In this document: positions 6,879-16,596 of the stretch, piece by piece
How the letters are laid out: each line of letters opens with the position of its first letter
Position numbering within the stretch: the first letter of the stretch is position 1
Source of the DNA: an uncultured archaeon
GTDB taxonomy: Archaea; Asgardarchaeota; Thorarchaeia; Thorarchaeales; Thorarchaeaceae
Assembly (NCBI GenBank): GCA_964648855.1
Contig: CAZYLT010000022.1
Location: 1 to 32,000 of the forward strand
Length of the DNA: 32,000 nt
Direction: 5' to 3'
Made by a program: the position numbers and the translations under genes
Notes under the pieces: generated by a model
What the model saw: the letters and a program-made list of their open reading frames with translations, nothing else
What the model was told of the DNA's origin: nothing
The model's database searches: none

Positions 6879-7620
6879 TTATTCAGGAGGAGTAACTCGG
6901 ACTGTTTCAGTAGAGCGAAGCGTCCACTTGTTATCATATTTGACAAATACCTTCAAAGTGAAATCAGATGACGTACTAAGACTCCCGGTATGTCGAACTC
7001 TTAGTACCGGATTCAAAAAATTCGTATTCTGACAGTTGATTATTAATCTGTGTTTTGGCCGAATTTGTTCAGTCACCATTCGGAGGTCCTCTTCAAGACG
7101 AATTTTTACTGTGGGGGGGCATTCAAACTTCATTTTATACTCATTCAAACCCGGTCCATTTTCTGCTTCGATATACAAGACCATAGGATACCATCCGATA
7201 ATTGTGGGAAATGAGCCAAGCTCATAACCACAAGAACGTCGAAAAAACATCCTAATGTTGACACATTTCTGGAATTATCACATCTACGCTCGCTGCAATG
7301 GTCCTTTGGTCTGAGCGAAACAATGCAAATCACAAGCAACTCTACATAGCTACGTGTATTGTATTTCTTCTCTGTGCTGCCTCCAATGTCTTTGCCTTTC
7401 TTAGGAATATCGAATTCATTCTATACCAGACAATATATACCAGCAATCCGCTTTTCATTCCAAATTTCATTGCCTGTGGAATTATCAGACCCATTCTCTT
7501 ATTCGCGATTTTCTTTCGCAGGATTTCCCAACTTCCGTAAACTAAGGCCCAAATAGATAATCTGCTGCGATATTAAGTCAGCTGCAAAATAATCTCCAGC
7601 GCGGCGCTCTCCCTCAACAC
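6879..7620 (-). pseudogene. Degraded gene; intact beta-rich C-terminal 123 codons (6879..7250) with fragmented upstream part
   Basis: The upstream minus-strand frame gives protein-like fragments (LSIWALVYGSWEILRKKIANKRMGLIIPQ...; RTIAASVDVIIPE) separated by stops and a frame change. Confidence 0.35.
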
Positions 7621-7747
7621 TAAGTATTATATGAAAGACATTGGGGTTCGTAAATGAATACGGTTTCCGTTCTACTTGATTCACTATGAAAATTAAAGAA
7701 CAATTCACGACAATCAGGCTTTTCACTTCATGATATGGTGAATAGAA

Positions 7748-8407
7748 ATGGAGTCTCACACACAGGAGAACGAATTCGGAACAGAATCTCATTCAGCAAG
7801 GCTAGAGTCACCTAAGAAATACTTGGAATACGGACTATGTGGATCTATTTTCATGTTCGTTGGTTTTGTGGTTAGTCTATTCCTAGCGTATAGGGAAATA
7901 TTGCTTCCTGAAGGTGGAATAATTCTGATACCAGTATCAAGTGGCTTGACCACTGTGTTCGCTGTCCTGTATAATGGTCTATTCTGGCAAGCTTTCAAAG
8001 CATTCAACGACAAATCCCCTAACAAGTACGCAACCATAGCCTCGGAGGGATTCTTGCTTCTGCTTGTCGTTGCTCTTCTGCAAATTGCCCTTGGTGTTAT
8101 TGATCCAGTAATTGGGCTGTTTGTTGTCAATATAGCTCGTGTTTTCGTGTGGACGATAGTTGGACTCACTCTTTGGACCGCAGCCTCCAACTCGACACGG
8201 CCAATATTCTTTGAATTTGCAGCGTTCGTGATTCCAGTTGCGAGCATTCTTCATTTCATCACAAACTCGATTCCACTACTAATGGAGGACAGGCATTTCT
8301 ACACGGCTCTGTTTGGCACCTATTTGTATAACATCGGTGACTACGTCTTCATCGTAGCTGTATTCTTTCTAGTATTCTGGGTCAAGTACAGGGAATACCC
8401 ACGCTAA
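7748..8407 (+). CDS. Multi-pass membrane protein, hypothetical
   Basis: About 6 hydrophobic segments; GGTGA SD upstream. Confidence 0.75.
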   Translation: MESHTQENEFGTESHSARLESPKKYLEYGLCGSIFMFVGFVVSLFLAYREILLPEGGIILIPVSSGLTTVFAVLYNGLFWQAFKAFNDKSPNKYATIASEGFLLLLVVALLQIALGVIDPVIGLFVVNIARVFVWTIVGLTLWTAASNSTRPIFFEFAAFVIPVASILHFITNSIPLLMEDRHFYTALFGTYLYNIGDYVFIVAVFFLVFWVKYREYPR

Positions 8408-8503
8408 CGACATATATTGCCAAGATTTGAGCTAACAGCTGGATAGTTATACAGTGTAGTTTAAAACTGATGTCCGACAACGAATTTACATTGGGGGTAA
8501 GCT

Positions 8504-9442
8504 GTGTTGCAGAAAGAACAACAATTGTTCGCATCTCGGTTCAAGAAGCGCATGGACGCGGCTTCACAGGAGCGAGTGCGGATTGTTATCAAAGAGCAAT
8601 ATAAGGACGCATTTGAGGTCTTGGAAGACTGCGAGAATGCAGGTCTAATTCCCGGAATTGTGGGTCCTCCTGGAGTTGGTAAGACTCTACTTCTACGTGC
8701 CTATGCGGAGAAGAGTAAGAGAAGTTTTCACTGGATTACGGGTGACGAAGGTGTGAGACCATCTCATTTGATTGGCTCATTCAATCCTGCACTTGTATTG
8801 CAGAAGGGATTCAATCTCGAGTCATTTGAACCCGGACCGCTGCTGAAATCTATGGTCTTTGGCTCAGTCTTTGGTCTAAATGAGGCCAATCGATTGCCTG
8901 AATATGTTCAAAATTCTCTTCTGGAACCCTTCGAAGAGCGGTCAGCCAATGTCCAGCGGTTAGGCAGAATCCAGGCTGATGAGGACTTCTTCCCCGTACT
9001 TAGCATGAATCCTGAAGAGATGGCAGGCGCTCACAGGCTAAGCGAGGCGCTAAGAGACCGGATTAGAGTATGGATAAAGCTTGGCTATCCACGAAAGGCC
9101 ACGGAAATCGAAATCGTGAAAGTGAACTGTCCGGAGTATAATTTATCAGATCATGTGCTGGGCCAGATTTACTCGCTTGTTTCGGCCACTCGGTCCTCAA
9201 CTGATATTGAGATTCCCGCATCAATTCGAGCTGGTATTTCAATAGCCCGATTGAGTGCTGAGATGGCTAAGAGGCAAAAGATGAAGGAGATAGACCACAA
9301 TACTCTCTCCACGGCTGCGCATTATGTCTTGGTAGGTGCACTTCGATTCAGACCTGGCGTAGATTCTGAACCGGCGGTGAACGCATTGGTGAGACGGGTG
9401 CTTGGAAGCAAGAGGAGCGCTGAGAGTGGCAAGTCAACCTAA
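8504..9442 (+). CDS. MoxR-family (CoxD/CbbQ/GvpN-like) AAA+ ATPase
   Basis: Walker A GPPGVGKT, GPLL motif, Walker B variant FGLNEANR, SMNP sensor 1, LSEALRDR arginine finger, ASIR sensor 2. Confidence 0.9.
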   Translation: MLQKEQQLFASRFKKRMDAASQERVRIVIKEQYKDAFEVLEDCENAGLIPGIVGPPGVGKTLLLRAYAEKSKRSFHWITGDEGVRPSHLIGSFNPALVLQKGFNLESFEPGPLLKSMVFGSVFGLNEANRLPEYVQNSLLEPFEERSANVQRLGRIQADEDFFPVLSMNPEEMAGAHRLSEALRDRIRVWIKLGYPRKATEIEIVKVNCPEYNLSDHVLGQIYSLVSATRSSTDIEIPASIRAGISIARLSAEMAKRQKMKEIDHNTLSTAAHYVLVGALRFRPGVDSEPAVNALVRRVLGSKRSAESGKST

Positions 9443-11918
9443 AATCGAATCCACCATGGAGAATGTTCCTGAGTTCTCCCATGAGTTTGTGACTCGTATG
9501 CGTCGGTCTGAAGAGGTCAGACTTTATCCGAGTGTTCGCCAGACTCAGGCCATCCCGAAGTTTCTGTCCGCCCGATACTTCAAGAAAGGCGAGCTGTCTC
9601 TGGACGATTTTGTGGATGCCGCCGTGTTTACAACTCATCCACCGGATCAGAAGATTGCGCGTGAAATCGCTGAGGATATTCTCCTTGGGCGAGAGAAGCC
9701 AAAACCAGTGGCTGCCAAGGTCAAAAAGGAACAACCCAAAGCCACTGCTCCAAATGCCAGTCACATACAGTCCGTCATAGACCAAATAATTGCAGAACAA
9801 GAGCTTGCAGCGAAAATTCAACAAGATAAGGTCGAGGAGGGCTATGCCTATCTTCAAGAATTGCGAGAGAAACAGAACAAACAGCTGCATTCTGCAGCTA
9901 TGGACTACTTGAACGAGGGGGATGTCGTCTTGCAAGGCATATCCTCTGATTCTGAACTGAAGCAAAAAGCCTCAGACGAGCTAATGCAAGGCACAGGAAA
10001 CCTAAGCCACAAAGACATCCTGAATGCAGAAGCACTAGACTCTCTAGATAGAGTTTGTGATTCCTCTTTCGAGGCTGAACAAATAGCTGCACGAGCCTTG
10101 CGTGGAGACACTGATGTAGAAGACAGATTCTCTTCCCTTGCAGATCGTGATCCCTCCTCGGCAGCTCAGTCTCTAAGACTCATGGAAGAGCTCCAACGAA
10201 TATCACAGGACATGCTCAAAGGCATGGATAAGGAGCTGCAAATGAGGCTCAAGAACCTCGACGAGGTTGCGGAATATTCATCGAAACTAGAGAGAAGTCC
10301 CGACTCATTACAACAACATGTGAAGTCTGCACACCAAGAATACTCACTGAGTGATGCAATGGAAATGGCATCAAGTATTGAATCAGCTACTGTTGACAGA
10401 GTCGGTGATGATATAATGAAGTCATATGCAGACTCTTACGAGCAGGGTGCTCGAGACAAGGTTGATTTGCGTCAGCTTGCTGAGAATCATCGCAATACAT
10501 CTAGTTGGAACAACCTCGTGGACAAGGTTACTGATGATATTGTGTCCAATGCTGATACTCGGTCTGCTCCTTCTGAATTTCTAAAACAGAAGATCAAAGA
10601 GATGATGAATCTCAAGAGTAACATTACCAGCCCACAATGTGGGTATAAATGGCAGAAACGCATGCAGAAGCTTGCAGATGAAGTCATGGGCAGATCCCCT
10701 GACAGAACTCATCTACGACAGAGCGTAAGGCAATGTTCGTCAATGGGTGCACCGGCCTCTCAGGAAGCCGTTACTGAAGCCGGTAGACGGGTAGGAATGA
10801 GCGATACCGAAATTCAGGAACTGCTGAATCCATCTTTTGAGGTCATCAGGAAACTCATACAAGCCGGAGTTGCGGATTTTAACAGGCTTGATAGTCTGGT
10901 ATCTCAAGCAAGTCTGTCACACGAACAATTGAGAACCCTTGCTGATATGGCACATGAGAGGGGTAATCAAAACGCGTTAGGTGCAATAGGTCATCACAAT
11001 TTGCAGGCGGCAATGGGGCAATCGGGACGAGGAATGCATGGCGTAAATCAAGAGAGAGCGAAGTCCGTATTTGGTGGTCTCATGGGTGGGCCGGCATCAA
11101 ATGTGATTCGAATATGGTACTCATATCGGGACGAACTGCCTCCAGAGTTGCGACGGCGTCTAAAGAAAATCGCCAGCCAACTCCTCATTGACCTCGGGCT
11201 TAGATACTCACGACAGACTATGGGATCATCTATGCTAGGTGGGATTCAGGAATCGACCACCGTTCGGCCGTTTCGCATCGGAGACGATATTGACCTTATC
11301 GACTTGGAAGAAACAATAGATTATTTGCTATCCTCTGGAAATACTAATTTTGGCTTTGTGAGCCCTGAGGATTTCCTGATTACTGAAACATACCAGGGGC
11401 ACAGGGCATTTTACTGGGCTCTTGACAAATCAGGCTCAATGGACAGCCCTGAGAAACTTGGTATGTTGTCTATTTCCGTCATGGCCGGGCTATATGGAGT
11501 GCAAAAAGATGACTTCGGTGTTGTTCTCTTTGATAATGAAACCCATATTGTAAAAGAAATCGCTGACAAATCCGTTTCAGTGAAGAAAGTAGCGGCAGAC
11601 TTGCTTGAGGTTCGTGCTAGTGGAGGAACGGGAGGTCGACAATCGATGGAACTTGCTCTCCGGAATTTCGAAGATACGCGAGCAAAGGAGAAGGTATTCA
11701 TCTTCAGTACTGATGCTTACCTCTCCGATCAATCAATCTGTGAGGATTTGGCATCCAAGTTCAAGCAACAAGGAATCGAAATGATTATTCTCGTTCCTCC
11801 GTCTTCGTACGATAGTCGAGCTGCTGAGAAACTAGCAGAGAAATCTCATGGCGCCGTCTTAGATATCGCATCTATCGAAGAACTGCCTGAAAGACTGCTT
11901 AAGCTGACTAACTATTAG
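9426..11918 (+). CDS. Large vWA-domain protein (CoxE-like partner of the MoxR ATPase)
   Basis: C-terminal MIDAS DKSGS...GGT...STD, preceded by the RPFRIGDDIDLIDLEETI pre-vWA motif. GTG 9426 with GAGGAG SD is the preferred start. Confidence 0.9.
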   Translation: MASQPKIESTMENVPEFSHEFVTRMRRSEEVRLYPSVRQTQAIPKFLSARYFKKGELSLDDFVDAAVFTTHPPDQKIAREIAEDILLGREKPKPVAAKVKKEQPKATAPNASHIQSVIDQIIAEQELAAKIQQDKVEEGYAYLQELREKQNKQLHSAAMDYLNEGDVVLQGISSDSELKQKASDELMQGTGNLSHKDILNAEALDSLDRVCDSSFEAEQIAARALRGDTDVEDRFSSLADRDPSSAAQSLRLMEELQRISQDMLKGMDKELQMRLKNLDEVAEYSSKLERSPDSLQQHVKSAHQEYSLSDAMEMASSIESATVDRVGDDIMKSYADSYEQGARDKVDLRQLAENHRNTSSWNNLVDKVTDDIVSNADTRSAPSEFLKQKIKEMMNLKSNITSPQCGYKWQKRMQKLADEVMGRSPDRTHLRQSVRQCSSMGAPASQEAVTEAGRRVGMSDTEIQELLNPSFEVIRKLIQAGVADFNRLDSLVSQASLSHEQLRTLADMAHERGNQNALGAIGHHNLQAAMGQSGRGMHGVNQERAKSVFGGLMGGPASNVIRIWYSYRDELPPELRRRLKKIASQLLIDLGLRYSRQTMGSSMLGGIQESTTVRPFRIGDDIDLIDLEETIDYLLSSGNTNFGFVSPEDFLITETYQGHRAFYWALDKSGSMDSPEKLGMLSISVMAGLYGVQKDDFGVVLFDNETHIVKEIADKSVSVKKVAADLLEVRASGGTGGRQSMELALRNFEDTRAKEKVFIFSTDAYLSDQSICEDLASKFKQQGIEMIILVPPSSYDSRAAEKLAEKSHGAVLDIASIEELPERLLKLTNY

Positions 11919-11922
11919 TTTC

Positions 11923-12654
11923 CTAGGGAGTAAAGCCAGTTTTTCCAGTCAATGATTTTTCGTGAGCTTCTGAAACCCAGAACTTGTAGGCGCAGGGATA
12001 TTCATCACGCCCCAAGTCTAGGAATCTATGGGAAAAGAGCCCCCTTAAAAGGCGCATGTATCTGTAGAAAGTGTCATCTTTGCTCACAACCTCTGCGATT
12101 GCATTAATCTGATAGCTCATGGCATTTGGTCTATCCCTTGAACGCCAATAGAATCCGAGCGTTACTCTAGGATCGTTTAGAATGTTAGAATACGTGGCAT
12201 CCCCATACATCTCAACCGCTCCAATTCTGAACCTGTCGATTTTCTTATCATCAATGAAGAGGTCTCTGTAGAACTGAACTCTATCTTCAATGGACTCTTC
12301 AAAAGGCACGCCTTGGAAGCTGAGGATTTTGCCTTCTATATCGGCAATCCTTTTTTCAAGCTCAGCATCTGTGAGAGTCAACCGGATTATCTTTGTAGCG
12401 ACATTGACAGGGTAAGGTCGATGTATGTCAAAAGTACAAACTGCAGGTTTCATTACTGTATCTCTATAGACTGACCCAAGGTTTGTTGCTACAGGTTCAT
12501 CACCAGCAAGAGCCGCTGCTATCTTCTTGTACAACGGATCAGGTATGGCATTCAATGGATACGATAGAACGATATCTCCCCTCTCCACCTCTATTTTCCT
12601 TAGTTCTCGGTCTATGAATCTTACTCGAGTTTCTTCCCTCTGCATCCTCATCAC
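11923..12654 (-). CDS. Pyridoxamine 5'-phosphate oxidase-like (FMN-binding split barrel) protein, paralogue B
   Basis: EMYGDATYSNILNDPRVTLGF and SYQINAIAEVV match the split-barrel pattern; aligns end to end with 12717..13451. Confidence 0.7.
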   Translation of the reverse strand: MMRMQREETRVRFIDRELRKIEVERGDIVLSYPLNAIPDPLYKKIAAALAGDEPVATNLGSVYRDTVMKPAVCTFDIHRPYPVNVATKIIRLTLTDAELEKRIADIEGKILSFQGVPFEESIEDRVQFYRDLFIDDKKIDRFRIGAVEMYGDATYSNILNDPRVTLGFYWRSRDRPNAMSYQINAIAEVVSKDDTFYRYMRLLRGLFSHRFLDLGRDEYPCAYKFWVSEAHEKSLTGKTGFTP

Positions 12655-12716
12655 AATGCTTTCTATTTTCTCACTATGGAAGACAATATGGATTTATGAC
12701 ATAAATTACTTGCTGG

Positions 12717-13451
12717 TTAGTGGGAAAAACCGGTTGAGCTTGTTAGGCTCTTGTCTAAAACCTCTGAGATCCACGTCTTGTAGGCACAGATGTATTCCTC
12801 ATGCTCCAAGTCCAAGAAACGTCTAGAAAATAAGGACCGCATAACACGCATAAAGCGATAAAATGGATCTCCTTGTGGGATAATTTCGACTAGGCAATTT
12901 ATCTGAAATCCTAGAGACCTCCCAGTGGATGAGTCATACCAACTAAACGCGAGGGTACACCTTGGATCCCTGCGCAGGTTATTATAAGTTCTCGAGCCAA
13001 ACATTTCAGCGATACCCAATCGCATTCGGTCTATTTTCCTGTCGTCGATGAGTAATTCCTTGTACAGTTCTATTCTCTCGGAGATAGTTTCTTCAAAGGG
13101 TCTTCCTTGAAAGGTAAGCATCACACCTTCAATCTCGTTGATTCTCTTCTCAATCTGGTCGTCTGTGAGAGTCAGTCTAACAATCTTTGTAGCGGCATTT
13201 ACACCAAAGGGAGTAAGTTGCTCATTTGAAATGACAGCAGGCTTGTAGACGCCATTCTTCACCATTTGGCTGTAAATATGCATCGGCGCCTCAGAACCAT
13301 CAACTAAGGTAGCTAAGGCGTCATAGAGCGACTCCGGGACCGCATTCAAGGGGTAGTTGAGTTGGAGCTCGCCATAATCAAATTCGATTCTCCTAGAGTC
13401 CCGGTCAATGAATCTTATGATTCCTCTGTTCGGAGAATTCACCTGCATCAC
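12717..13451 (-). CDS. Pyridoxamine 5'-phosphate oxidase-like (FMN-binding split barrel) protein, paralogue A
   Basis: EMFGSRTYNNLRRDPRCTLAF and GFQINCLVEII; tandem paralogue of 11923..12654. Confidence 0.7.
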   Translation of the reverse strand: MMQVNSPNRGIIRFIDRDSRRIEFDYGELQLNYPLNAVPESLYDALATLVDGSEAPMHIYSQMVKNGVYKPAVISNEQLTPFGVNAATKIVRLTLTDDQIEKRINEIEGVMLTFQGRPFEETISERIELYKELLIDDRKIDRMRLGIAEMFGSRTYNNLRRDPRCTLAFSWYDSSTGRSLGFQINCLVEIIPQGDPFYRFMRVMRSLFSRRFLDLEHEEYICAYKTWISEVLDKSLTSSTGFSH

Positions 13452-13600
13452 CTGAGCTTTACGCTAACATCTGTACACAGTATTTTCCACACTATATCTC
13501 ATTGTATTACGCGTACATTTCCCTCATTCTCTTTGCTCTACATAAAAGATAATCAAATAAAGGGCCTTGCGATTAGTGGATACTACTAGGTAGTGATACC

Positions 13601-13879
13601 ATGCTGGATGCCTATGAAGTGGACTCGGATGCTCAACTGGTGGATATAACCACCGAAACAATCACACTAGACACTTCGAAAGTTATCGTGGTTATCGACC
13701 ATGATAATAAGACCGTCTATCTGTGGAGGGGCAAAAAGGCTAGTCTCTTCAAGAAATTGATGGGGACGCGCGTGGCTGCAAAACTCTCACACGAATACAA
13801 ACACTATCGGATTCGACCTATTGCTGAGGATCAAGAGCCATCTGCATTCTTAGACCTCGTTGACGAGGTTCATCACTAG
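13601..13879 (+). CDS. Single-domain gelsolin/villin-like protein (Asgard 1DGel/ProGel type)
   Basis: Gelsolin repeat signature LDTSKVIVVID...VYLWRGKKAS...A..L...I.EDQEPSAF. Confidence 0.85.
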   Translation: MLDAYEVDSDAQLVDITTETITLDTSKVIVVIDHDNKTVYLWRGKKASLFKKLMGTRVAAKLSHEYKHYRIRPIAEDQEPSAFLDLVDEVHH

Positions 13880-13964
13880 TTCTAGGTCATGACCGATATA
13901 GTGATGAGGAAGTAATCGCGATTATTCTCGGGTTAGAAAACTGAAGTTCAACCGCCGTGCCTAT

Positions 13965-14201
13965 TTGGTCAAGGTCAGGAATGTTCAGGCCGGGCTCAAC
14001 ACCCGAACCAAAATTCTAAAGCATTTGAATTTCAAGAGATGGACTTCAGCTGGTGAGATTGCAGAGAAGATTGATGTCACCTATAATACCATTCTCTATC
14101 ATCTGAAGAATATGCAGGCTGAAGGTACTGTAACAAAACAGAAAGACGGTCCTGGCTGGAAACTTATTCAGACAGGACAGACTGAGTTGACTGAATACTG
14201 A
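13965..14201 (+). CDS. Small winged-helix (ArsR/HTH_11-like) protein with C-terminal PIP-box-like tail
   Basis: TRTKILKHL...SAGEIAEKIDVTYNTILYHLKNMQAEGTV...WKL; ends in QTELTEY. Confidence 0.8.
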   Translation: MVKVRNVQAGLNTRTKILKHLNFKRWTSAGEIAEKIDVTYNTILYHLKNMQAEGTVTKQKDGPGWKLIQTGQTELTEY

Positions 14202-14300
14202 ACACAATATAACTTGCATTATTTGTGTGAAAAGACTCTCAGGTTATCCGAAGCGTAAATCCTATAGCGGGTTTCGCTTCCAGTTAGTATTGCTGAACAG

Positions 14301-14711
14301 ATGATGAATGAAGATGAGCTATTTGAGTTCTGTGAAGAATGGTTGTCGACTTGGACGGGGAACCAGCCGGAAGAGTTGATTAGATTCTATTCGGAAGATG
14401 CCCTATACGTTGACCCTGCGCATCGAGAAGGACTCAAGGGACATGAGGATATTCTTCAATATTTTGAGAGATTGTTAAGGGTCTATCAGGATTGGAGATG
14501 GAAGCCAATCGAGGTGTTTCCAATAAAAACTGGTGGAATTGTCAAATGGGAATGTGAGATTCCTGTTGGTCAAGAGGTTCTGCACGAGGTTGGAATCGAC
14601 ATTGTTGAAATTGAAGATGGTAAGATAACACGCAATGAGGTCTATTTTGATAGAACACGCCTGCTCGCTGCGGTGGAGAGGAAGAAGCAGCTAGAGCGAT
14701 TACGATTTTGA
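14301..14711 (+). CDS. NTF2/SnoaL-like family protein
   Basis: FYSEDALYVDP, LKGHEDILQYF and GIDIVEIEDGKITRNEVYFD. Confidence 0.85.
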   Translation: MMNEDELFEFCEEWLSTWTGNQPEELIRFYSEDALYVDPAHREGLKGHEDILQYFERLLRVYQDWRWKPIEVFPIKTGGIVKWECEIPVGQEVLHEVGIDIVEIEDGKITRNEVYFDRTRLLAAVERKKQLERLRF

Positions 14712-14718
14712 TACCATG

Positions 14719-15663
14719 TCAATCCAATTCATAAATAGCATCCGCATTTTTCCAATACATTTTATCTAATACCCGTCTGGGCAGATCAAGTCCATTGATG
14801 TAAGTGCCTCCTTTGCCAACAGTATCCTGATCCACAAATGGCAAAGGCACACCCCGAGCATCGGTCTCCCAGATCATTCTCTCAGTGTAGTGTCTACCTT
14901 CGTAGTAATCTTCGTTCATAGTTCTGGCAACACAATCGGTACCATAGAGTATTCTGTCCGAATGTTTGATTATAATTTCTCTGGCCTTCTCGGGGGCTTT
15001 GCCCAGCTCTCTCGCCATCCATCTAGCACTACTGGTGTCAACATGTAGGTTTGGATATTGGTCAAACATTCTGGCGAGATTGTCTAGACGATGGGGCTCT
15101 GCTTGAGCACCAAAATGCGCCTGTTGAAAGACTACGTTACTGCTCCTCTTCAGTCTGTTTTCAAACTGCTCTAGGTGTTCATCCTTTGTGCCATATTGAT
15201 TGCTGTCTGAATATCGATTCTCAAAATAGGTATCAGGGTCTGCAATGTGAATCAGAAGTGGCAATTCATGTTCTGCAAGTGCATGAAATAATGGGTCAAA
15301 AATTGGGCTGTCTACTGAAGGGACCTTCTCTTTTTCTAGTCTATCAGACCAGAATGGTGCAAAGTGCATTTTTACCAGACTGTATCCATCTTCGCGAAGG
15401 TGAGCCACTTCTTTCATAGACGGTTCGGGTCCTTCAGTGAACAATCTCCATCCTGACATGTATTTGGCAAATACGAACCGACCCGGATACATATCCTCAT
15501 AGGCATCAATTTCATCCCCATGCACTATTAGGATGGATTTCTCTGTCCCATATTTTTTGCCTACTTCCACGAATAGCTTGAGCGCCTCCAGTTCGATTAC
15601 ATGTGCATGAGAGTCAAATATCGGCCCAGTATATTTGTAATCGATTCTCGGATATTTCATCAA
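14719..15663 (-). CDS. Amidohydrolase_2 family metal-dependent hydrolase
   Basis: DSHAH, LLIHIADP, QAHFG, DTSS and DRILYGTD motifs. Confidence 0.85.
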   Translation of the reverse strand: MMKYPRIDYKYTGPIFDSHAHVIELEALKLFVEVGKKYGTEKSILIVHGDEIDAYEDMYPGRFVFAKYMSGWRLFTEGPEPSMKEVAHLREDGYSLVKMHFAPFWSDRLEKEKVPSVDSPIFDPLFHALAEHELPLLIHIADPDTYFENRYSDSNQYGTKDEHLEQFENRLKRSSNVVFQQAHFGAQAEPHRLDNLARMFDQYPNLHVDTSSARWMARELGKAPEKAREIIIKHSDRILYGTDCVARTMNEDYYEGRHYTERMIWETDARGVPLPFVDQDTVGKGGTYINGLDLPRRVLDKMYWKNADAIYELD

Positions 15664-15802
15664 ACACCCCTGCCAGAATCTCCTTGAAAACTCTGTTCCT
15701 CGCGGTAAGGATAATATTCTGATTGATAACAGAAGACCTTTTTAGTCGAGTTCATTTGCTATAATCTAACCATTCGTGAATGGTTTGGGAGATATAACAA
15801 TA

Positions 15803-16495
15803 ATGAAACGCGCGCTAAACGTGATTCTTGCAGTAGCAATTGTAACAATGTTCCTGGTTTCGCCGGTAGCTGCAGCAACCTCACAAGGATTGGAATGGGG
15901 TGTGGCTAGCGGTGATCGATTCGATTTCACTATGTCCAGTACTGATGAAGATGTTCCAAGTGAAGATATATACCTCAACATAACGGATATGCCTGCTCTG
16001 GCTATTCCTGACCCTCTTGATGATTGGAATGCCATTCCGGAGCCTGATATTGGGTTCTGGTGGGAAAATGGAACTAGCATGGGACTTTCAACACTGATAT
16101 TCCTTGGCATATATTTCGTTGGTGCAAAATTCGCTTTACCTGTAGGTAATTTCACTCTTTTGCAGAGCTTGCTCGCACCAGAACTGACCGGTGAAGACAT
16201 CACTTCTGCAGGCGGCCTTTGGACCGTAGAATGGAGCATGGATACCACAGCAACTGAAGAGGCTAAGATTACTGCTGCTTATTCAACATCGGACGGATTT
16301 CTTGCAGAGTACAAAATTGAGACATGGAGCACCCTAAATGATACACTCCTAGAGTCCATTGAAGTGACAAGGGCGACAATTCCGGGCGGAGGCGTGGATG
16401 ACATATTGCAGCTTCTAGAGGATAACATCCTCTACGTTGGTATAGGCGTTGCTGTGATTGTGATCATCGGTCTTGTTGTATGTAAACGTAAGTAG
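15803..16495 (+). CDS. Secreted/surface protein with signal peptide and C-terminal TM anchor
   Basis: Signal peptide MKRALNVILAV...PVAAA, LEWGVASGDRFDF, YSTSDGFL, and a C-terminal hydrophobic helix plus KRK. Confidence 0.8.
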   Translation: MKRALNVILAVAIVTMFLVSPVAAATSQGLEWGVASGDRFDFTMSSTDEDVPSEDIYLNITDMPALAIPDPLDDWNAIPEPDIGFWWENGTSMGLSTLIFLGIYFVGAKFALPVGNFTLLQSLLAPELTGEDITSAGGLWTVEWSMDTTATEEAKITAAYSTSDGFLAEYKIETWSTLNDTLLESIEVTRATIPGGGVDDILQLLEDNILYVGIGVAVIVIIGLVVCKRK

Positions 16496-16504
16496 TTTTT
16501 AATT

Positions 16505-16540
16505 GAGGGGGAACTCCCCTCTTGAACTTTTTTTGTTTTA
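16505..16540 (+). terminator. Hairpin plus T-tract terminator
   Basis: GAGGGG-GAACT-CCCCTC followed by TTTTTTTGTTTT just after the stop at 16495. Confidence 0.6.
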
Positions 16541-16596
16541 TTTTGTCCGGAGTACTTTTTTGTGCAAAATATCTATCTTGTATTTGATAGTTGATC

